In this document: positions 28,434-39,519 of the stretch, piece by piece | Layout of the letters: each line of letters starts with the position of its first letter | How positions within the stretch are numbered: position 1 is the first letter of the stretch | Origin: an uncultured Nitrospiraceae bacterium | Lineage (GTDB): Bacteria; Nitrospirota; Thermodesulfovibrionia; Thermodesulfovibrionales; Dissulfurispiraceae | Direction of reading: 5' to 3' | Assembly: GCA_947085205.1 (NCBI GenBank) | Contig: CAMTVO010000009.1 | Location: 1 to 63,488 of the forward strand | Length of the DNA: 63,488 nucleotides | Program-made: the position numbers and the translations under genes | The notes under the pieces: generated by a model | Told to the model about the DNA's origin: nothing | What the model saw: only the letters and a program-made list of their open reading frames with translations | The model's database searches: none

Positions 28434-29315
28434 TCAAGGGGGATTTTCAAAGGGGGGACAATTATTCATCAGGAGCATTGAACCCTTTGAGAGCCCCAGT
28501 TCCTTTGAGACCACATCGCATTTTGACTGAAAAAGAAAAAAGACATCTTTATCACTGATATTTGCGGTATTGTAGATGGTTTCAAAATTTCCCTGCCCCT
28601 TGCTTATGATAAGTCCAGCTTTCTTAAATGTCTCCTGAAATTTTGGAGGAGTGAATTGCAGTATTGTGCCTATGCAGTCAGAGCCGTTGTCAATCACTTC
28701 GCAGACATCTGTAAGTCCAACCTCTCCGGCATCTTCAATCGTTGAGTCGTTCAATACAGGCTTACCCTTCACAACAGCCCTGACATTTTTGCCCATGCCA
28801 TTTAATATCTCAATAAGAATCCTGTCAAATAATATCTCGCCAGCATTGTCAAGCAGATAGAGGACATCGGAGTTCTTATCTATTGTATCTTTAAAGGATT
28901 TGTATTCATCAATGGTGAGTGAATTATGCAACGCTTTTTCAATCGTCCCGACAATATCAACTGATGTAAATATGCCGAAATCTATCACATTGCCTGCGAT
29001 AGCAAGCCGAACTGCTGTCCAGAGCGGATCAGGACTATTGTCCACCATTTTTTTCAGTTCTGGATAAATGCCCAGCGCTATCTGATTGTATTCCGACTTT
29101 ATATCTTTGAAAGGGTCTTTACCGAGAAGCTGTCTTATCTTCCTGTGCAAAAATGTGGTGGAATAGGCCGGTGGCTGCGCCATATCAGTTGCCCTAATCT
29201 CATCAAGCACGTCCTTGATCACCTCTGCCTGCAGCCGCTCATCCTTTGTGCCGAGCCTTACAGCAATCAGTGTCTGCTTCAAAAAACAGGGGAAGCAATC
29301 TAAATGAACCTTCAT
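28434..29315 (-). CDS. ARMT1/DUF89 damage-control phosphatase
   Basis: DCFPC, AIAGNVIDFG, LDNAGE, SKGQGNFE. Confidence 0.88.
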   Translation of the reverse strand: MKVHLDCFPCFLKQTLIAVRLGTKDERLQAEVIKDVLDEIRATDMAQPPAYSTTFLHRKIRQLLGKDPFKDIKSEYNQIALGIYPELKKMVDNSPDPLWTAVRLAIAGNVIDFGIFTSVDIVGTIEKALHNSLTIDEYKSFKDTIDKNSDVLYLLDNAGEILFDRILIEILNGMGKNVRAVVKGKPVLNDSTIEDAGEVGLTDVCEVIDNGSDCIGTILQFTPPKFQETFKKAGLIISKGQGNFETIYNTANISDKDVFFLFQSKCDVVSKELGLSKGSMLLMNNCPPFENPP

Positions 29316-30586
29316 TACCTATTCAATGCCTTATCAGCGATATCTTTCCTGTAATGCATCCCTTCAAACTGAATCTTCTTTATAGCCTCATACGCCCTGT
29401 CCTTTGCAGCCTTTATGTCCTTTCCGAGCGCGGTAACCCCCAAAACCCTTCCTCCGTTAGTAACTATGTCGTTGTTATTAAAGGCAGTGGCTGCATGAAA
29501 GACAACCACACCATCAATTTCCTTTACATCATTGAGCCCATGAATAACCTTTCCCTTTTCATATTTTCCGGGGTATCCCTTTGATGCAAGCACAACGCAC
29601 ACAGATGCCTCGTCCTTCCACTCGATGTCTATATCTGAAAGTTTTCCGTCGGTTATCGCCATCGAAATATCCACAAGGTCTGTATTTAGTCTCGAAAGGA
29701 TTGGCTGTGTCTCCGGGTCTCCGAGCCTGCAGTTGAATTCGAGAACATAAGGGTTTCCATTATTAATCATGAGACCTGCATACAATATTCCTTTATACTT
29801 TATTCCTTCGCTCCTAAGCCCTTCGATTGTGGGTCTCATTACAGTGTCTATTACTAAGGACTCAAGCTCCTTTGTGACAACAGGCGCCGGGCTGTATGCG
29901 CCCATGCCCCCTGTGTTCGGTCCTTTGTCGCCGTCAAGAACCCTTTTGTGATCCTGAGAACTTACCATCGGCACAATGGTCTTGCCGTCCGTAAAGACCA
30001 TAAAGGATGCCTCTTCTCCCTGAAGGCACTCCTCCACAATGACCTTATTTCCTGCATCGCCGAATGCCTTGTCCTTCATAATGAGCCTTAATGCATCTAT
30101 CGCCTCGTCAACTGTTGATGCGACGATAACGCCCTTGCCTGCTGCAAGACCGTCCGCCTTAATAACAATGGGAGCGCCCTTCATCCGCACATGATCCTCG
30201 GCATGAATATACGAGCTGAAAACTTTATATTCCGCGGTCGGTATGCGGTGCCTCTTCATAAACTCCTTAGAAAAAACCTTGCTCGATTCAAGCTGCGCCG
30301 CCGCCTTTGAAGGCCCGAGTATCCTCCTGCCTTCCTTCTCAAAGGCATCTACTATTCCCCTCGAAAGCGGGTCTTCAGGCCCGACAATCGTGAGGTCTAC
30401 CCATTCGTATCTGACAAAATCCACCAAAGCACTGAAGTCCGAAGAGTCCACATCTATGCATTCGGCCATTCCGGATATTCCCGCATTGCCGGGAGTGCAG
30501 TAAATCTTATCGACAAGCCTGGACTGCGAGAGCTTCCACGCGATCGCATGCTCCCTTCCTCCGCTGCCTACAACCAAAACCTTCAT
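29315..30586 (-). CDS. purD: Phosphoribosylamine-glycine ligase
   Basis: GSGGREHA, KADGLAAGKGV, GPNTGGMGAY. Confidence 0.97.
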   Translation of the reverse strand: MKVLVVGSGGREHAIAWKLSQSRLVDKIYCTPGNAGISGMAECIDVDSSDFSALVDFVRYEWVDLTIVGPEDPLSRGIVDAFEKEGRRILGPSKAAAQLESSKVFSKEFMKRHRIPTAEYKVFSSYIHAEDHVRMKGAPIVIKADGLAAGKGVIVASTVDEAIDALRLIMKDKAFGDAGNKVIVEECLQGEEASFMVFTDGKTIVPMVSSQDHKRVLDGDKGPNTGGMGAYSPAPVVTKELESLVIDTVMRPTIEGLRSEGIKYKGILYAGLMINNGNPYVLEFNCRLGDPETQPILSRLNTDLVDISMAITDGKLSDIDIEWKDEASVCVVLASKGYPGKYEKGKVIHGLNDVKEIDGVVVFHAATAFNNNDIVTNGGRVLGVTALGKDIKAAKDRAYEAIKKIQFEGMHYRKDIADKALNR

Positions 30587-30684
30587 ACAACCTCCTGAAA
30601 GAGTTAAGGAGTTATGGAATTATCGTGAACTCTTTAATTCTTTTAACTCCTTTACTTCTTTACTCTTTTACTCCTTAACTTTAT

Positions 30685-32232
30685 TTAGTGCCTGAAATGC
30701 CTCGTGCCTGTAAGAATCATCGCCATATTATGTTCGTCTGCCGCCTGTATAATCTCCTGATCTTTTACAGAGCCTCCAGGCTGAACAACCGCGGTAACGC
30801 CCATTTCATGCAAAACGTCTATGCCGTCCCTGAACGGGAAAAATCCGTCGGAAGCCGCGACAGAGCCTTGAATCGGCTCTCCTGCGTTCATAGCTCCTAT
30901 TTTGGCCGTATAAACCCTCTTTGTCTGCCCGATGCCTATACCTGCTGTCCTATCCTTGAATGCATACACAATGGCGTTCGACTTGACATGCTTGCATACC
31001 TTCCATGCAAACGATAATGCCTCAAGCTCATCGTTTGTAGGCTGCCGTTTTGTGATCGCCTTCATCGACATAATGTCCTCATCCGAATAATCCCATCCCT
31101 GAAGGAGCATTCCGCCGGCAATCCGCTTAATGTCCCAAGATCCAGCTTTTTTATTTGAAACCATATCCGGAAACTCCAACAGCCGCACATTGGGCTTCTT
31201 CGAGAATATTTCCATAGCCTCCTTGGTGAAAGAAGGCGCTATAACAACTTCGAGGAAAAGCTCCACCATCTCCTTTGCGGCAGCTCCGTCAACCTCTGTA
31301 TTGAATGCAACGACTCCGCCAAACGCTGAGACAGGGTCCGCCTTTTCCGCCTTTCTGTATGCCTCTGCGGCAGTTGCGCCGATTGCAGCGCCGCATGGGT
31401 TGTTATGCTTTATGATTGCACATGCCTTTTGGTCGAATTCAAGTGCAAGCATGAGTGCTGAATGGGCGTCGAGGTAATTGTTGAATGACATCGCTTTGCC
31501 CTGAAGCACCCTTGCATCAGGAAGGGAAAGGCCGGATGTTCTTTCTTTATATATGGCAGCTTTCTGCTGAGGGTTTTCACCGTATCTCAGCACAGAGACC
31601 CTTTTCATAGACATTGTCAAATATTCCGGGAATGCCGGTTCCTTCTCGGTCACTCCGGTTAAATAATCTGCGATGAGCGTATCGTATCTCGATGTATGGG
31701 CAAAAACCTTTTTCGCAAGGTTCAGTTTTGTCTCTTTGCTTAATGCGCCGCCAGATGACTTCATCTCTTCTATTATCTTCTTGTAATCATCAGGGTCAAC
31801 AACAACAGCCACATCCTGAAAATTCTTGGATGCAGCCCTGAGCATTGTTGGTCCCCCAATATCGATATTTTCTATCGCGTCCTCAAAGGTTACATTCGGC
31901 TTTGAAATGGTATCCTCGAAGGGATAAAGATTAACAACTACCATGTCTATAGGTTTAATGCCGTGCTTCTGTATATCTTCCATGTCCTTGGGGTTGGCGC
32001 GCCTCGAAAGCAGCCCGCCGTGAATCTTCGGATGCAGGGTCTTCAGCCTGCCGTCGAGCATCTCCGGGAATCCGGTGTAATCCGAAACCTCGACAACGGA
32101 AACACCCGCGTCTCTCAGCGCCTTTGCAGTGCCTCCTGTGGACAGTATCTCGACTCCTATTGCGGCTAATTCCTTTGCAAAGTCAACAATTCCTCTCTTG
32201 TCAGAGACACTGATAAGCGCCCTTTTAACCAT
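30685..32232 (-). CDS. purH: Bifunctional AICAR transformylase/IMP cyclohydrolase
   Basis: [32 protein letters not shown]. Confidence 0.97.
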   Translation of the reverse strand: MVKRALISVSDKRGIVDFAKELAAIGVEILSTGGTAKALRDAGVSVVEVSDYTGFPEMLDGRLKTLHPKIHGGLLSRRANPKDMEDIQKHGIKPIDMVVVNLYPFEDTISKPNVTFEDAIENIDIGGPTMLRAASKNFQDVAVVVDPDDYKKIIEEMKSSGGALSKETKLNLAKKVFAHTSRYDTLIADYLTGVTEKEPAFPEYLTMSMKRVSVLRYGENPQQKAAIYKERTSGLSLPDARVLQGKAMSFNNYLDAHSALMLALEFDQKACAIIKHNNPCGAAIGATAAEAYRKAEKADPVSAFGGVVAFNTEVDGAAAKEMVELFLEVVIAPSFTKEAMEIFSKKPNVRLLEFPDMVSNKKAGSWDIKRIAGGMLLQGWDYSDEDIMSMKAITKRQPTNDELEALSFAWKVCKHVKSNAIVYAFKDRTAGIGIGQTKRVYTAKIGAMNAGEPIQGSVAASDGFFPFRDGIDVLHEMGVTAVVQPGGSVKDQEIIQAADEHNMAMILTGTRHFRH

Positions 32233-32285
32233 TGCACTTTCCTCCTATAGTAAAATTATTAGTTCTGTCTTTCCAACCACTGGCT

Positions 32286-32450
32286 TTATGACTTCTTTGA
32301 TGTTACGGCAAAAAATCCCGAATATACAGGCTTTACCTTCACACTCTTGCATTTGGGACATTTCACCTTCTTTTTCTCTTTCTCGCTTATGCTCATAATT
32401 AAAGAAAAGGTCTCTCCACATTTACCACACTTGTAATCATATGCCGGCAT
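32286..32450 (-). CDS. FmdB-family zinc-ribbon protein (not in the ORF track)
   Basis: MPAYDYKCGKCGETF...KCPKCKS; AGGAGG RBS. Confidence 0.85.
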   Translation of the reverse strand: MPAYDYKCGKCGETFSLIMSISEKEKKKVKCPKCKSVKVKPVYSGFFAVTSKKS

Positions 32451-32485
32451 GTCAAAACCTCCTTAATGAAATATGAGTTATTCTA

Positions 32486-33169
32486 TCACAATAAGCCCTT
32501 CTCTTTAAGGCTTACATATTTTCCATCACCAATAATCACATGGTCCAGCACGTTTATGCCGATAATCTCTCCCGCGCTTTTCAGCCGTTCGGTAATAACG
32601 ATATCGTCCTTGCTCGGCTCCGGATCTCCGCTCGGATGGTTATGCGCAAATATTACCGACGCCGCCGATTCTTTTATCGCCTCTTTAAACGCCTCTCTTG
32701 GATGAATGATAGAATTGGTGAGCGTGCCTTCGGAGACTTTGCATTCCCTTATGAACCTGTTTTTCGCATCAAGAAGCACTGAGATGAAGAATTCTTTTTT
32801 CAGATTTTTAAATCTTGGAGCAAAATACGAATACACTGCATGGCTCGAAGAAAATACAGGCATACCTTCTGAAGATTCGCCCATCAGTCTTTTACCGAGT
32901 TCAAATGCGGCCTTTATCTGGGAAACCTTCGCCGTTCCGAGGCCTTTCATCGATGAGAGTTCCGCTATCGAAGCGGCGTCCATATTTCTCAAGGTTTTAA
33001 ATGCGTCGAGGAGCGACATTGAAAGGCTTAAAACGCCCTTTTCTCCGCTGCCTGTCCGTAGTATTATCGCAAGGAGTTGAGCGTCGGAAAGGCTTTCCGC
33101 GCCGTATTTAACGAGCCGCTCCCTCGGCCGCTCGTTCTCGGGCCAGTGTTTTATTTTGCCGTCGGACAT
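32486..33169 (-). CDS. radC: RadC/JAB-domain protein
   Basis: ERPRERL, HPRE, AHNHPSGDPEPS, LDHVIIG. Confidence 0.95.
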   Translation of the reverse strand: MSDGKIKHWPENERPRERLVKYGAESLSDAQLLAIILRTGSGEKGVLSLSMSLLDAFKTLRNMDAASIAELSSMKGLGTAKVSQIKAAFELGKRLMGESSEGMPVFSSSHAVYSYFAPRFKNLKKEFFISVLLDAKNRFIRECKVSEGTLTNSIIHPREAFKEAIKESAASVIFAHNHPSGDPEPSKDDIVITERLKSAGEIIGINVLDHVIIGDGKYVSLKEKGLL

Positions 33170-33186
33170 TACTTCACCCTCTTTAA

Positions 33187-33591
33187 TTATGATGATATCT
33201 TATAAACCTTCATATCGCTCGCATTTTCAATATCATCGAAATCCTTATCATTATGCATAAGCGCTAAATTATTCTCAATGGCAATCTGCGCTATCAACAG
33301 GTCAACCGTAGACCTCAAAGTAATCCCCTTTTTCCTGCACTTTCTATAAAGCTCTGCGGCAGCAATATAAGAATTATGGTCTTTTAAGGAATATACAGGG
33401 AAAGACAGAAGCGATGTCTTAATCTCTTCATGCTCTTTATCGTCTCTTATGCCCTGAAGAATTTCGGTCAGGATAATATCGGCAATAGCTACATCTTCTT
33501 CGTTAACTATGAGGCGTTCTACTTCCCTGTCAAAAGTTGAGCCGGTGTGATTGAGGAATTCGATAAAGACGCTTGTATCAATTAGTACCAA
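33187..33591 (-). CDS. vapC: PIN-domain toxin
   Basis: LIDTSVFI, EILQG, DLLIA, DKDF. Confidence 0.9.
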   Translation of the reverse strand: MVLIDTSVFIEFLNHTGSTFDREVERLIVNEEDVAIADIILTEILQGIRDDKEHEEIKTSLLSFPVYSLKDHNSYIAAAELYRKCRKKGITLRSTVDLLIAQIAIENNLALMHNDKDFDDIENASDMKVYKISS

Positions 33592-33790
33592 CTCTCTTCC
33601 TTCTCAATTCAGAAAGATTACCCTGCCATAATCCCTTGCGCCTTATAGCGAGGAGCTTTTTTCTTTTCAAGTGATTTATAAGTTCTCTCAGGGCAAAGTC
33701 AATGACCTCCTTCTTTGTTTTCAAAGAAGTTAATTTTTTTGCCTCTTCTATGACTTCGTCGTCAAGAATTATATTTGTTCTTGTCTGCAA
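33578..33790 (-). CDS. vapB: VapB antitoxin
   Basis: RTNIILDDEVIEEA...TKKEVI; upstream inverted repeat ATACACAT/ATGTGTAT. Confidence 0.85.
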   Translation of the reverse strand: MQTRTNIILDDEVIEEAKKLTSLKTKKEVIDFALRELINHLKRKKLLAIRRKGLWQGNLSELRRKRVGTN

Positions 33791-33868
33791 TGCCCTTCAC
33801 CTCCATACACATAAAATATATCATATAATGTGTATATTTTCAAGAAATTATTTTGGCCTTAATTCCAT

Positions 33869-35800
33869 TTACTTCACCCTCGCGCCCTGCTTCACTTCCC
33901 TGTCAAGAGCGAGAACGGATAATCTTCCTTCTTCATCTGTTGCCGCAAGGAGCATGCCGTGGGACTCTATGCCCATGAGCTTTGCGGGCTTTAGATTCGT
34001 GACTACAACTATTTTCTTACCTGTTAAATCATCAGGCGTATAAGCCTTTGCGATGCCCGCGACTATCTGTCTTTCCTCTGTTCCTATGTCTACATTCAAT
34101 TTCAAAAGCTTTTCTGATTTCTCGACCTTTTCTGCGGCTATAATCTTTCCTACTTTTAATTCGACCTTTGCAAAGTCATCTATGGCAATCAATTCTTTAA
34201 CGCCTTCGGTCATCTTCTGTTTCTCCTTCTTATATTCGGGTTTTTGTTTTTCTTCTTTTTTCTCTATGCGTGGGAAAAGCTGCTCGCCCTTTGAAACTTT
34301 TATCTCATAAGACGGTTTCCAATCCCAATCAAATATTGCCCGACTTTCTTTTGTCTCGTCAGTCAAAGACCTCAACCCTATCTGCTTCCAAATCTTCCCT
34401 GCCGTGTCGGGCATAAAGGGATATATGGCTAATGCAATAAGCCTCAACGCGTTCCAGATGTTGAATAGGACAGCTTTGAGTTCGTCAGGATCGCTCTTTG
34501 CAAGCTTCCAAGGCTCTTTCTGCGCAATATGGTTGTTTGCTGCTCCAATAATATTCCATACACTTTCGAGAATCAGATTGAATTGAAGACGCAGCCAAAA
34601 ATCTTCTTTATTAATACTTTCGTTTACCTTCACGCATTCCTGAGCAAAATCGCCGGAAGATTCGACAACATTAATCCTTCCCTCAAAATACTTGTCAGCC
34701 ATTGTAAGAAATCTGCTCAAAAGATTTCCGAGGTCATTGGCGAGGTCTGTGTTAATGCGCCTTACCAACGCATCTTCCGAAAAATCGCCATCGAGTCCGA
34801 AGGGCACTTCCCTGAAAAGGAAATATCTGAAAGCGTCAACGCCGTATTTATCAACTATCGCATTCGGGTCAACAACATTGCCGATGGACTTTGACATCTT
34901 TTTGCCGTCCACTGTCCACCATCCGTGGGCAAAGATGTTGCCCGGCAAGGGCATATTCAGCGCCATCAGCATGGTTGACCAGTAAACAGCATGGGTGGTC
35001 AAAATATCCTTTCCGATGATATGATGATCAGCAGGCCACCAATCATTACAGTGAACAGATGGAGCAAGATACCTCGTTGCAGAAAAATAATTTACGAGCG
35101 CATCAAACCATACATATGTTACAAAATTATCGTCGAATGGAAGCGGAATCCCCCATGAAAGCCTGTGCTTAGGCCTCGAAATGCAGAGGTCTCCGAGGGT
35201 GTTGTTCTTTAAAAAGCCGATCACTTCATTTTTGCGGGTTTCTGGAAGTATGTATAAAGAATTTTCCTCTATATATTTTATCAGCCGCTCCTGATACTTC
35301 GACATGAGGAAGAAATAGTTCTCTTCCTGTATCTGTTCGACAGGGCGCCCACAGTCAGGGCAGTTGCCGCCTATCAGGTCTTTCTCTGTCCAGAACCTTT
35401 CGTCAGGAACGCAGTACCATCCCGCATAATTCCTTTTTTTTATCTCTCCCCTGTCAAAGAGCATCTGTAAAAACCAATGCACGGTCTTTATATGCTCGAC
35501 GTCTGTAGTGCGTATGAAGGCATCGTTTGATACATTCATTTTCTTCCAAAGGTTTTTAAAATTATCGACCATGCTGTCTGCTTGCTCCTTTGGAGTCTTT
35601 CCCCTATCCGTTGCAGCCTTCTCAACCTTCTGGCCATGCTCATCGGTGCCTGTCAAAAAGAATACTTCGTTTCCTTTAAGACGGTTATAGCGTGCAAGGA
35701 TATCTGCTGCAATGGTTGTATATGCGTGGCCGATATGAGGAATGTCATTAACATAATAAATCGGCGTTGTAACATAGAATCTTTTAGCGCCGTCTCTCAT
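33869..35800 (-). CDS. metG: Methionine-tRNA ligase
   Basis: TTPIYY, HIGH, KMSKS and C-terminal tRNA-binding domain. Confidence 0.97.
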   Translation of the reverse strand: MRDGAKRFYVTTPIYYVNDIPHIGHAYTTIAADILARYNRLKGNEVFFLTGTDEHGQKVEKAATDRGKTPKEQADSMVDNFKNLWKKMNVSNDAFIRTTDVEHIKTVHWFLQMLFDRGEIKKRNYAGWYCVPDERFWTEKDLIGGNCPDCGRPVEQIQEENYFFLMSKYQERLIKYIEENSLYILPETRKNEVIGFLKNNTLGDLCISRPKHRLSWGIPLPFDDNFVTYVWFDALVNYFSATRYLAPSVHCNDWWPADHHIIGKDILTTHAVYWSTMLMALNMPLPGNIFAHGWWTVDGKKMSKSIGNVVDPNAIVDKYGVDAFRYFLFREVPFGLDGDFSEDALVRRINTDLANDLGNLLSRFLTMADKYFEGRINVVESSGDFAQECVKVNESINKEDFWLRLQFNLILESVWNIIGAANNHIAQKEPWKLAKSDPDELKAVLFNIWNALRLIALAIYPFMPDTAGKIWKQIGLRSLTDETKESRAIFDWDWKPSYEIKVSKGEQLFPRIEKKEEKQKPEYKKEKQKMTEGVKELIAIDDFAKVELKVGKIIAAEKVEKSEKLLKLNVDIGTEERQIVAGIAKAYTPDDLTGKKIVVVTNLKPAKLMGIESHGMLLAATDEEGRLSVLALDREVKQGARVK

Positions 35801-36690
35801 CTCTTGAAACGCCTCCTTTTATGTCTGAACCTGTTATGTCTCTGTTCGCTCTTTTCAGGTTTAGCTTCCTGCTCCTGCTTTGTCTCTTCGCTTGTCTGCC
35901 CCTGCCCCGAATCTTTATCCAGAGACGTTTCAATCGAGTCGTCATTCATATCGCCCTGCTCAAGCTTGGAAAGAACGACCGAAATCCCGATCTCTCGGCC
36001 CCCTGCAGGAGCATCTTCATCCTCTATAGGTATCTCGTCATCAGACGAAATGCTTTCCGTATCGCCGTCGTATTCGTACCTTAGACAGCACATAAGCCTG
36101 CTGCAAAGTCCCGAAAGTTTGCCTACATTCAAAACCAGTTCCTGTTTTTTCGCCATCTTTATGGATACAGGCTCAAAGGATGAGAGGAATGTGCTGCAGC
36201 AAAGCTCCCTGCCGCATATGCCGAGGCCTCCGATAAGCTTTGCCTCGTCCCTTACGCCTATCTGCCTCATCTCTATCCTTGTCTTGAACCTTGCGGCAAG
36301 GTCCTTTACCAGTTCCCTGAAATCTATTCTCCCGTCTGCCGTGAAATAGAAGATTATCCTTTTCCTGTCAAGGGTCGTCTCTGCTCCTACAAGCTTCATC
36401 TGGATCCCGCGCGCCATTATCCGCTCGACACAGAAATCCTTAGCCTCTTGTTCGAGTTTCCTGTTTCCCTCGTCTGTTTTTATATCGTCTTCGCCGACAA
36501 CCCTCATAACCTTCTTGAGTTCCCTTCCACCGGCTTCTACCGTGCGCCTCCCCCTTATTACCCTGCCTATACTGACACCGAAATCAGACTCCACGACAAC
36601 GGAATCCCCTTCATTCACCTCTATTCCGTTAACCTCGAAATCGTATATTTTTCCGCAACTCTTAAATCGTATACCTACAACATCCGGCAT
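35797..36690 (-). CDS. ricT: PSP1/YaaT (RicT) family protein
   Basis: FTADGRIDFRELVKDL, GICGRELCC, SGLCSRLMCCL. Confidence 0.88.
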   Translation of the reverse strand: MPDVVGIRFKSCGKIYDFEVNGIEVNEGDSVVVESDFGVSIGRVIRGRRTVEAGGRELKKVMRVVGEDDIKTDEGNRKLEQEAKDFCVERIMARGIQMKLVGAETTLDRKRIIFYFTADGRIDFRELVKDLAARFKTRIEMRQIGVRDEAKLIGGLGICGRELCCSTFLSSFEPVSIKMAKKQELVLNVGKLSGLCSRLMCCLRYEYDGDTESISSDDEIPIEDEDAPAGGREIGISVVLSKLEQGDMNDDSIETSLDKDSGQGQTSEETKQEQEAKPEKSEQRHNRFRHKRRRFKR

Positions 36691-36695
36691 TATAT

Positions 36696-37691
36696 TTACA
36701 CCTCCACAACTCTTCTCATTATCGTTGATACATAATTCCATGTTATGGATTTATTGAGATTAAAATCAAGGAGTCCCTTTACCTGCTGCATGTCCTGATA
36801 CGAATTCAGAATGTCCTTAGTTTTCTGTTTATTGCCTATTGCCCATTGCCTATTGCCTAATATCAGATCAGATTCCCTCTCTGTAATTTTATAGACAGCC
36901 ATATCCCTCAAAAGGATAAAGGCCGTATCGAGCCATGACTTAATTTCACCCTTATCCGACCATGTGTCTTTTGATCCCCCATGAATCATATTATTAAAAA
37001 GCTTCGCAAACCATTCATTCTCTTTTATGAAATCCCTCGATATTGCAAGACCCGGCCTTCCCATCGAAAGATTAAGCACGGCGCGAATATTTTTCATGTC
37101 GATATTTTTAGATACAACTTCCCTGCATCCATCCACGGGCAGAGGATAAAAACGGACATTTATGCACCGTGATCTTATCGTGTCAGGCAGTTTATCCGGA
37201 TTGGACGATATAAGCAGTATGAGGCTATCCTCAGGCGGCTCTTCAAGGGTCTTGAGAAATGCAATTGCAGCATTGATATTCATGGTATCGGCATCGTCTA
37301 TGATAATAACTTTTTTTTTCCCTTCGTTCGGTTTTAAAGATATTATTTCTTCAATTCTTCTTATGGCCCCTATCGGAATTTCATATCTGCTGTCGTCTTT
37401 TGATTCTCTTTTTTCCAGACCGAGCTTGTCCTCCATATTTTCAAGCGTAACGATTAGTACATCCGGATGATTATCGTAGTCTATCTTTTTGCAAGACATA
37501 CATTTATCGCAGCAGTCGAAATCAACAGGCTGCAAACAATTGATGGCTTTCGCATAGTTTAAGGCGGCAAGCCTTTTGCCTATTCCCGAGTCTCCCGAAA
37601 GCAGCATGGATGAAGGAACCCTGTTTCTTTTCAGGGTGCCGAAGAGTATTCTCAAAGCCTTTTCCTGACCTATTATATCTCTAATCGCCAT
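36696..37691 (-). CDS. holB: DNA polymerase III delta' subunit
   Basis: Zn motif, HPD, LKTLEEPP, TIRSRC; downstream of tmk. Confidence 0.92.
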   Translation of the reverse strand: MAIRDIIGQEKALRILFGTLKRNRVPSSMLLSGDSGIGKRLAALNYAKAINCLQPVDFDCCDKCMSCKKIDYDNHPDVLIVTLENMEDKLGLEKRESKDDSRYEIPIGAIRRIEEIISLKPNEGKKKVIIIDDADTMNINAAIAFLKTLEEPPEDSLILLISSNPDKLPDTIRSRCINVRFYPLPVDGCREVVSKNIDMKNIRAVLNLSMGRPGLAISRDFIKENEWFAKLFNNMIHGGSKDTWSDKGEIKSWLDTAFILLRDMAVYKITERESDLILGNRQWAIGNKQKTKDILNSYQDMQQVKGLLDFNLNKSITWNYVSTIMRRVVEV

Positions 37692-38338
37692 CGAACAATC
37701 TCCCAGACCTTTTCGCTTACCTGCTCAAACGTCATCGATGCATCGACGACCTTAATCCTCTCGGATTCTTTATCCGCAATCTTAAAATAACCTTCACGCA
37801 CCTTTTTATGAAATTCGATGTCCTCAAGCTCAAGCCTGTCGACCTTATTTATCCCTTTGTTCCTCTTTAATCCTGCTTCGACATCAAGGTCAAAAAGTAT
37901 GGTCAAATCAGGTCTTATACCGCCTGCTGCTATTTCATCGATTGACCTTATAAGAGACATGTCAATGCCTCGTCCATAGCCCTGATATGCGATGGTTGAG
38001 TCGGTAAACCTGTCGGTTATGACAACCTTTCCTTCGTCTATTGCAGGGAATATTAATTCTTTCAGATGCTGTGCCCTGTCCGCATTATAGAGCAGAAGCT
38101 CTGTCAGATAAAACATCTCTTTGTGTTCCGGCTGAAGCAATACCTCTCTTATTTTATTGCCGATAACAGTGCCACCCGGCTCTTTTGTCAAAACTACACC
38201 ATACCCTTCCTCAGCGAGCCTCTCTGCCAGAAGCCTTGCCTGTGTTGTCTTGCCAGTGCCTTCTATTCCTTCAAAAGATATAAAAATACCTTTTTTTGAC
38301 TGCTGACTGCTAACTGCTAACTTCTGACTTTCTTTCAT
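37673..38338 (-). CDS. tmk: Thymidylate kinase
   Basis: FEGIEGTGKTTQ, EPGGT, DRFTDSTIAYQGYGRG. Confidence 0.95.
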   Translation of the reverse strand: MKESQKLAVSSQQSKKGIFISFEGIEGTGKTTQARLLAERLAEEGYGVVLTKEPGGTVIGNKIREVLLQPEHKEMFYLTELLLYNADRAQHLKELIFPAIDEGKVVITDRFTDSTIAYQGYGRGIDMSLIRSIDEIAAGGIRPDLTILFDLDVEAGLKRNKGINKVDRLELEDIEFHKKVREGYFKIADKESERIKVVDASMTFEQVSEKVWEIVRWRLEI

Positions 38339-39348
38339 GCCATCGCCTCTTTCAGTCTCATGACGAGTTGGAACACCTTTATGGTCTCTTCTATGCTCAT
38401 TGAGCCTGTGCCGCAAGAAGGGGTAAGGAGGATGCGTGAATTTACAAGTTCAGAAGGCACATGGTCGCATATTTTTTTAAGATTGTTATCCATTAATGTC
38501 TTGAGATATTTATCATCCACTGATTTTATGGCATCGGATGTCGGCACAATACCCCATGCGAGATAGCCTCCGCCCTCAAGGAACTTTTTCATGTCTTCAT
38601 GGTATATGGCAAGTGTATCAAAATATTCAAAGGCATCAAAACTGACAACCCCGACGCCGCTTTTAATTACCACTGGCCAGTCCGCCCTGCCGCAGCAATG
38701 TATTCCGGATATGCCGCCTGCCTCCTCGATGGCGGATACAAGTTCCTTCAGGAGCCTCGGCACATCTTCGCTGTTGACTCCAAGGTAAGAAGAACTGCCT
38801 ATCGCAGAAAGAATCGGCTCGTCTATAAAAATTATGACATTATCGGCATGCTGCTTGAGCATGTCTATCTGCCATCGCACTTTTGCCTTTAAGAGCATTG
38901 AAGATATTTCACGGAGCTCTTCGTCAAAAAACACAAACCGTCCGTAGTTGTCCTTAAGTCCGAGAGTAAATGTCAGAGGGCCCGTAACATGCCCCTTCAA
39001 TATCTTAAACCTCCTGCCCTTTATCATTCTCAAAAATGTGTGAAGCCCTATGGCGTAATCTTCTGATACGGCTATCTTTGTATTTTCGGCGCATGATTCA
39101 TAAAATCTTTCAAGTTCGTCGCTGCCGTCCCTAATAATCCATGCCTCCTGCTCTTTTTCGTTTGTCCTGATATAAGGCATGCCCTCAGAATACTGGATAA
39201 TCATCGATTCTTTGAATGAAATCTTCGGAAGCTGGGGCCAAAAAGGGATATCGAATGTCCTCAGTATAAGCTCGCACGCCTCTTCAGGATTTCTATGCGG
39301 GAGACTGCCGATACCTGTGGTGGAAAAGGGTTTGATAATATCCGACAT
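38335..39348 (-). CDS. Core (catalytic-domain-only) methionine synthase-like protein
   Basis: TGIGSLP, GPLTF, IDEP, IHCCG, LLTPSCG. Confidence 0.75.
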   Translation of the reverse strand: MSDIIKPFSTTGIGSLPHRNPEEACELILRTFDIPFWPQLPKISFKESMIIQYSEGMPYIRTNEKEQEAWIIRDGSDELERFYESCAENTKIAVSEDYAIGLHTFLRMIKGRRFKILKGHVTGPLTFTLGLKDNYGRFVFFDEELREISSMLLKAKVRWQIDMLKQHADNVIIFIDEPILSAIGSSSYLGVNSEDVPRLLKELVSAIEEAGGISGIHCCGRADWPVVIKSGVGVVSFDAFEYFDTLAIYHEDMKKFLEGGGYLAWGIVPTSDAIKSVDDKYLKTLMDNNLKKICDHVPSELVNSRILLTPSCGTGSMSIEETIKVFQLVMRLKEAMA

Positions 39349-39407
39349 GTGGTATTATAGCATATGAAACACACATGCCGACAAAGCGGCAGAAATGGGA
39401 ATGAAAA

Positions 39408-39475
39408 TGTCATTCCCCGACCCTCTTGTCATTCCCCGATTAAGGACTTCGAGGGCAGGCAAGTGCGGAATGACA
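39408..39475. repeat. TGTCATTCC-type REP element
   Basis: TGTCATTCCCCGA twice, closed by GGAATGACA. Confidence 0.6.
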
Positions 39476-39519
39476 AATTATTAATTACTTACAAATCAAT
39501 TAGTTAGAGACATTTCCGG

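Noticed and set aside
35582..36349. 255-aa plus-strand ORF and similar long antisense ORFs
   Set aside because: Shadows of well-supported genes (metG/ricT) on the opposite strand
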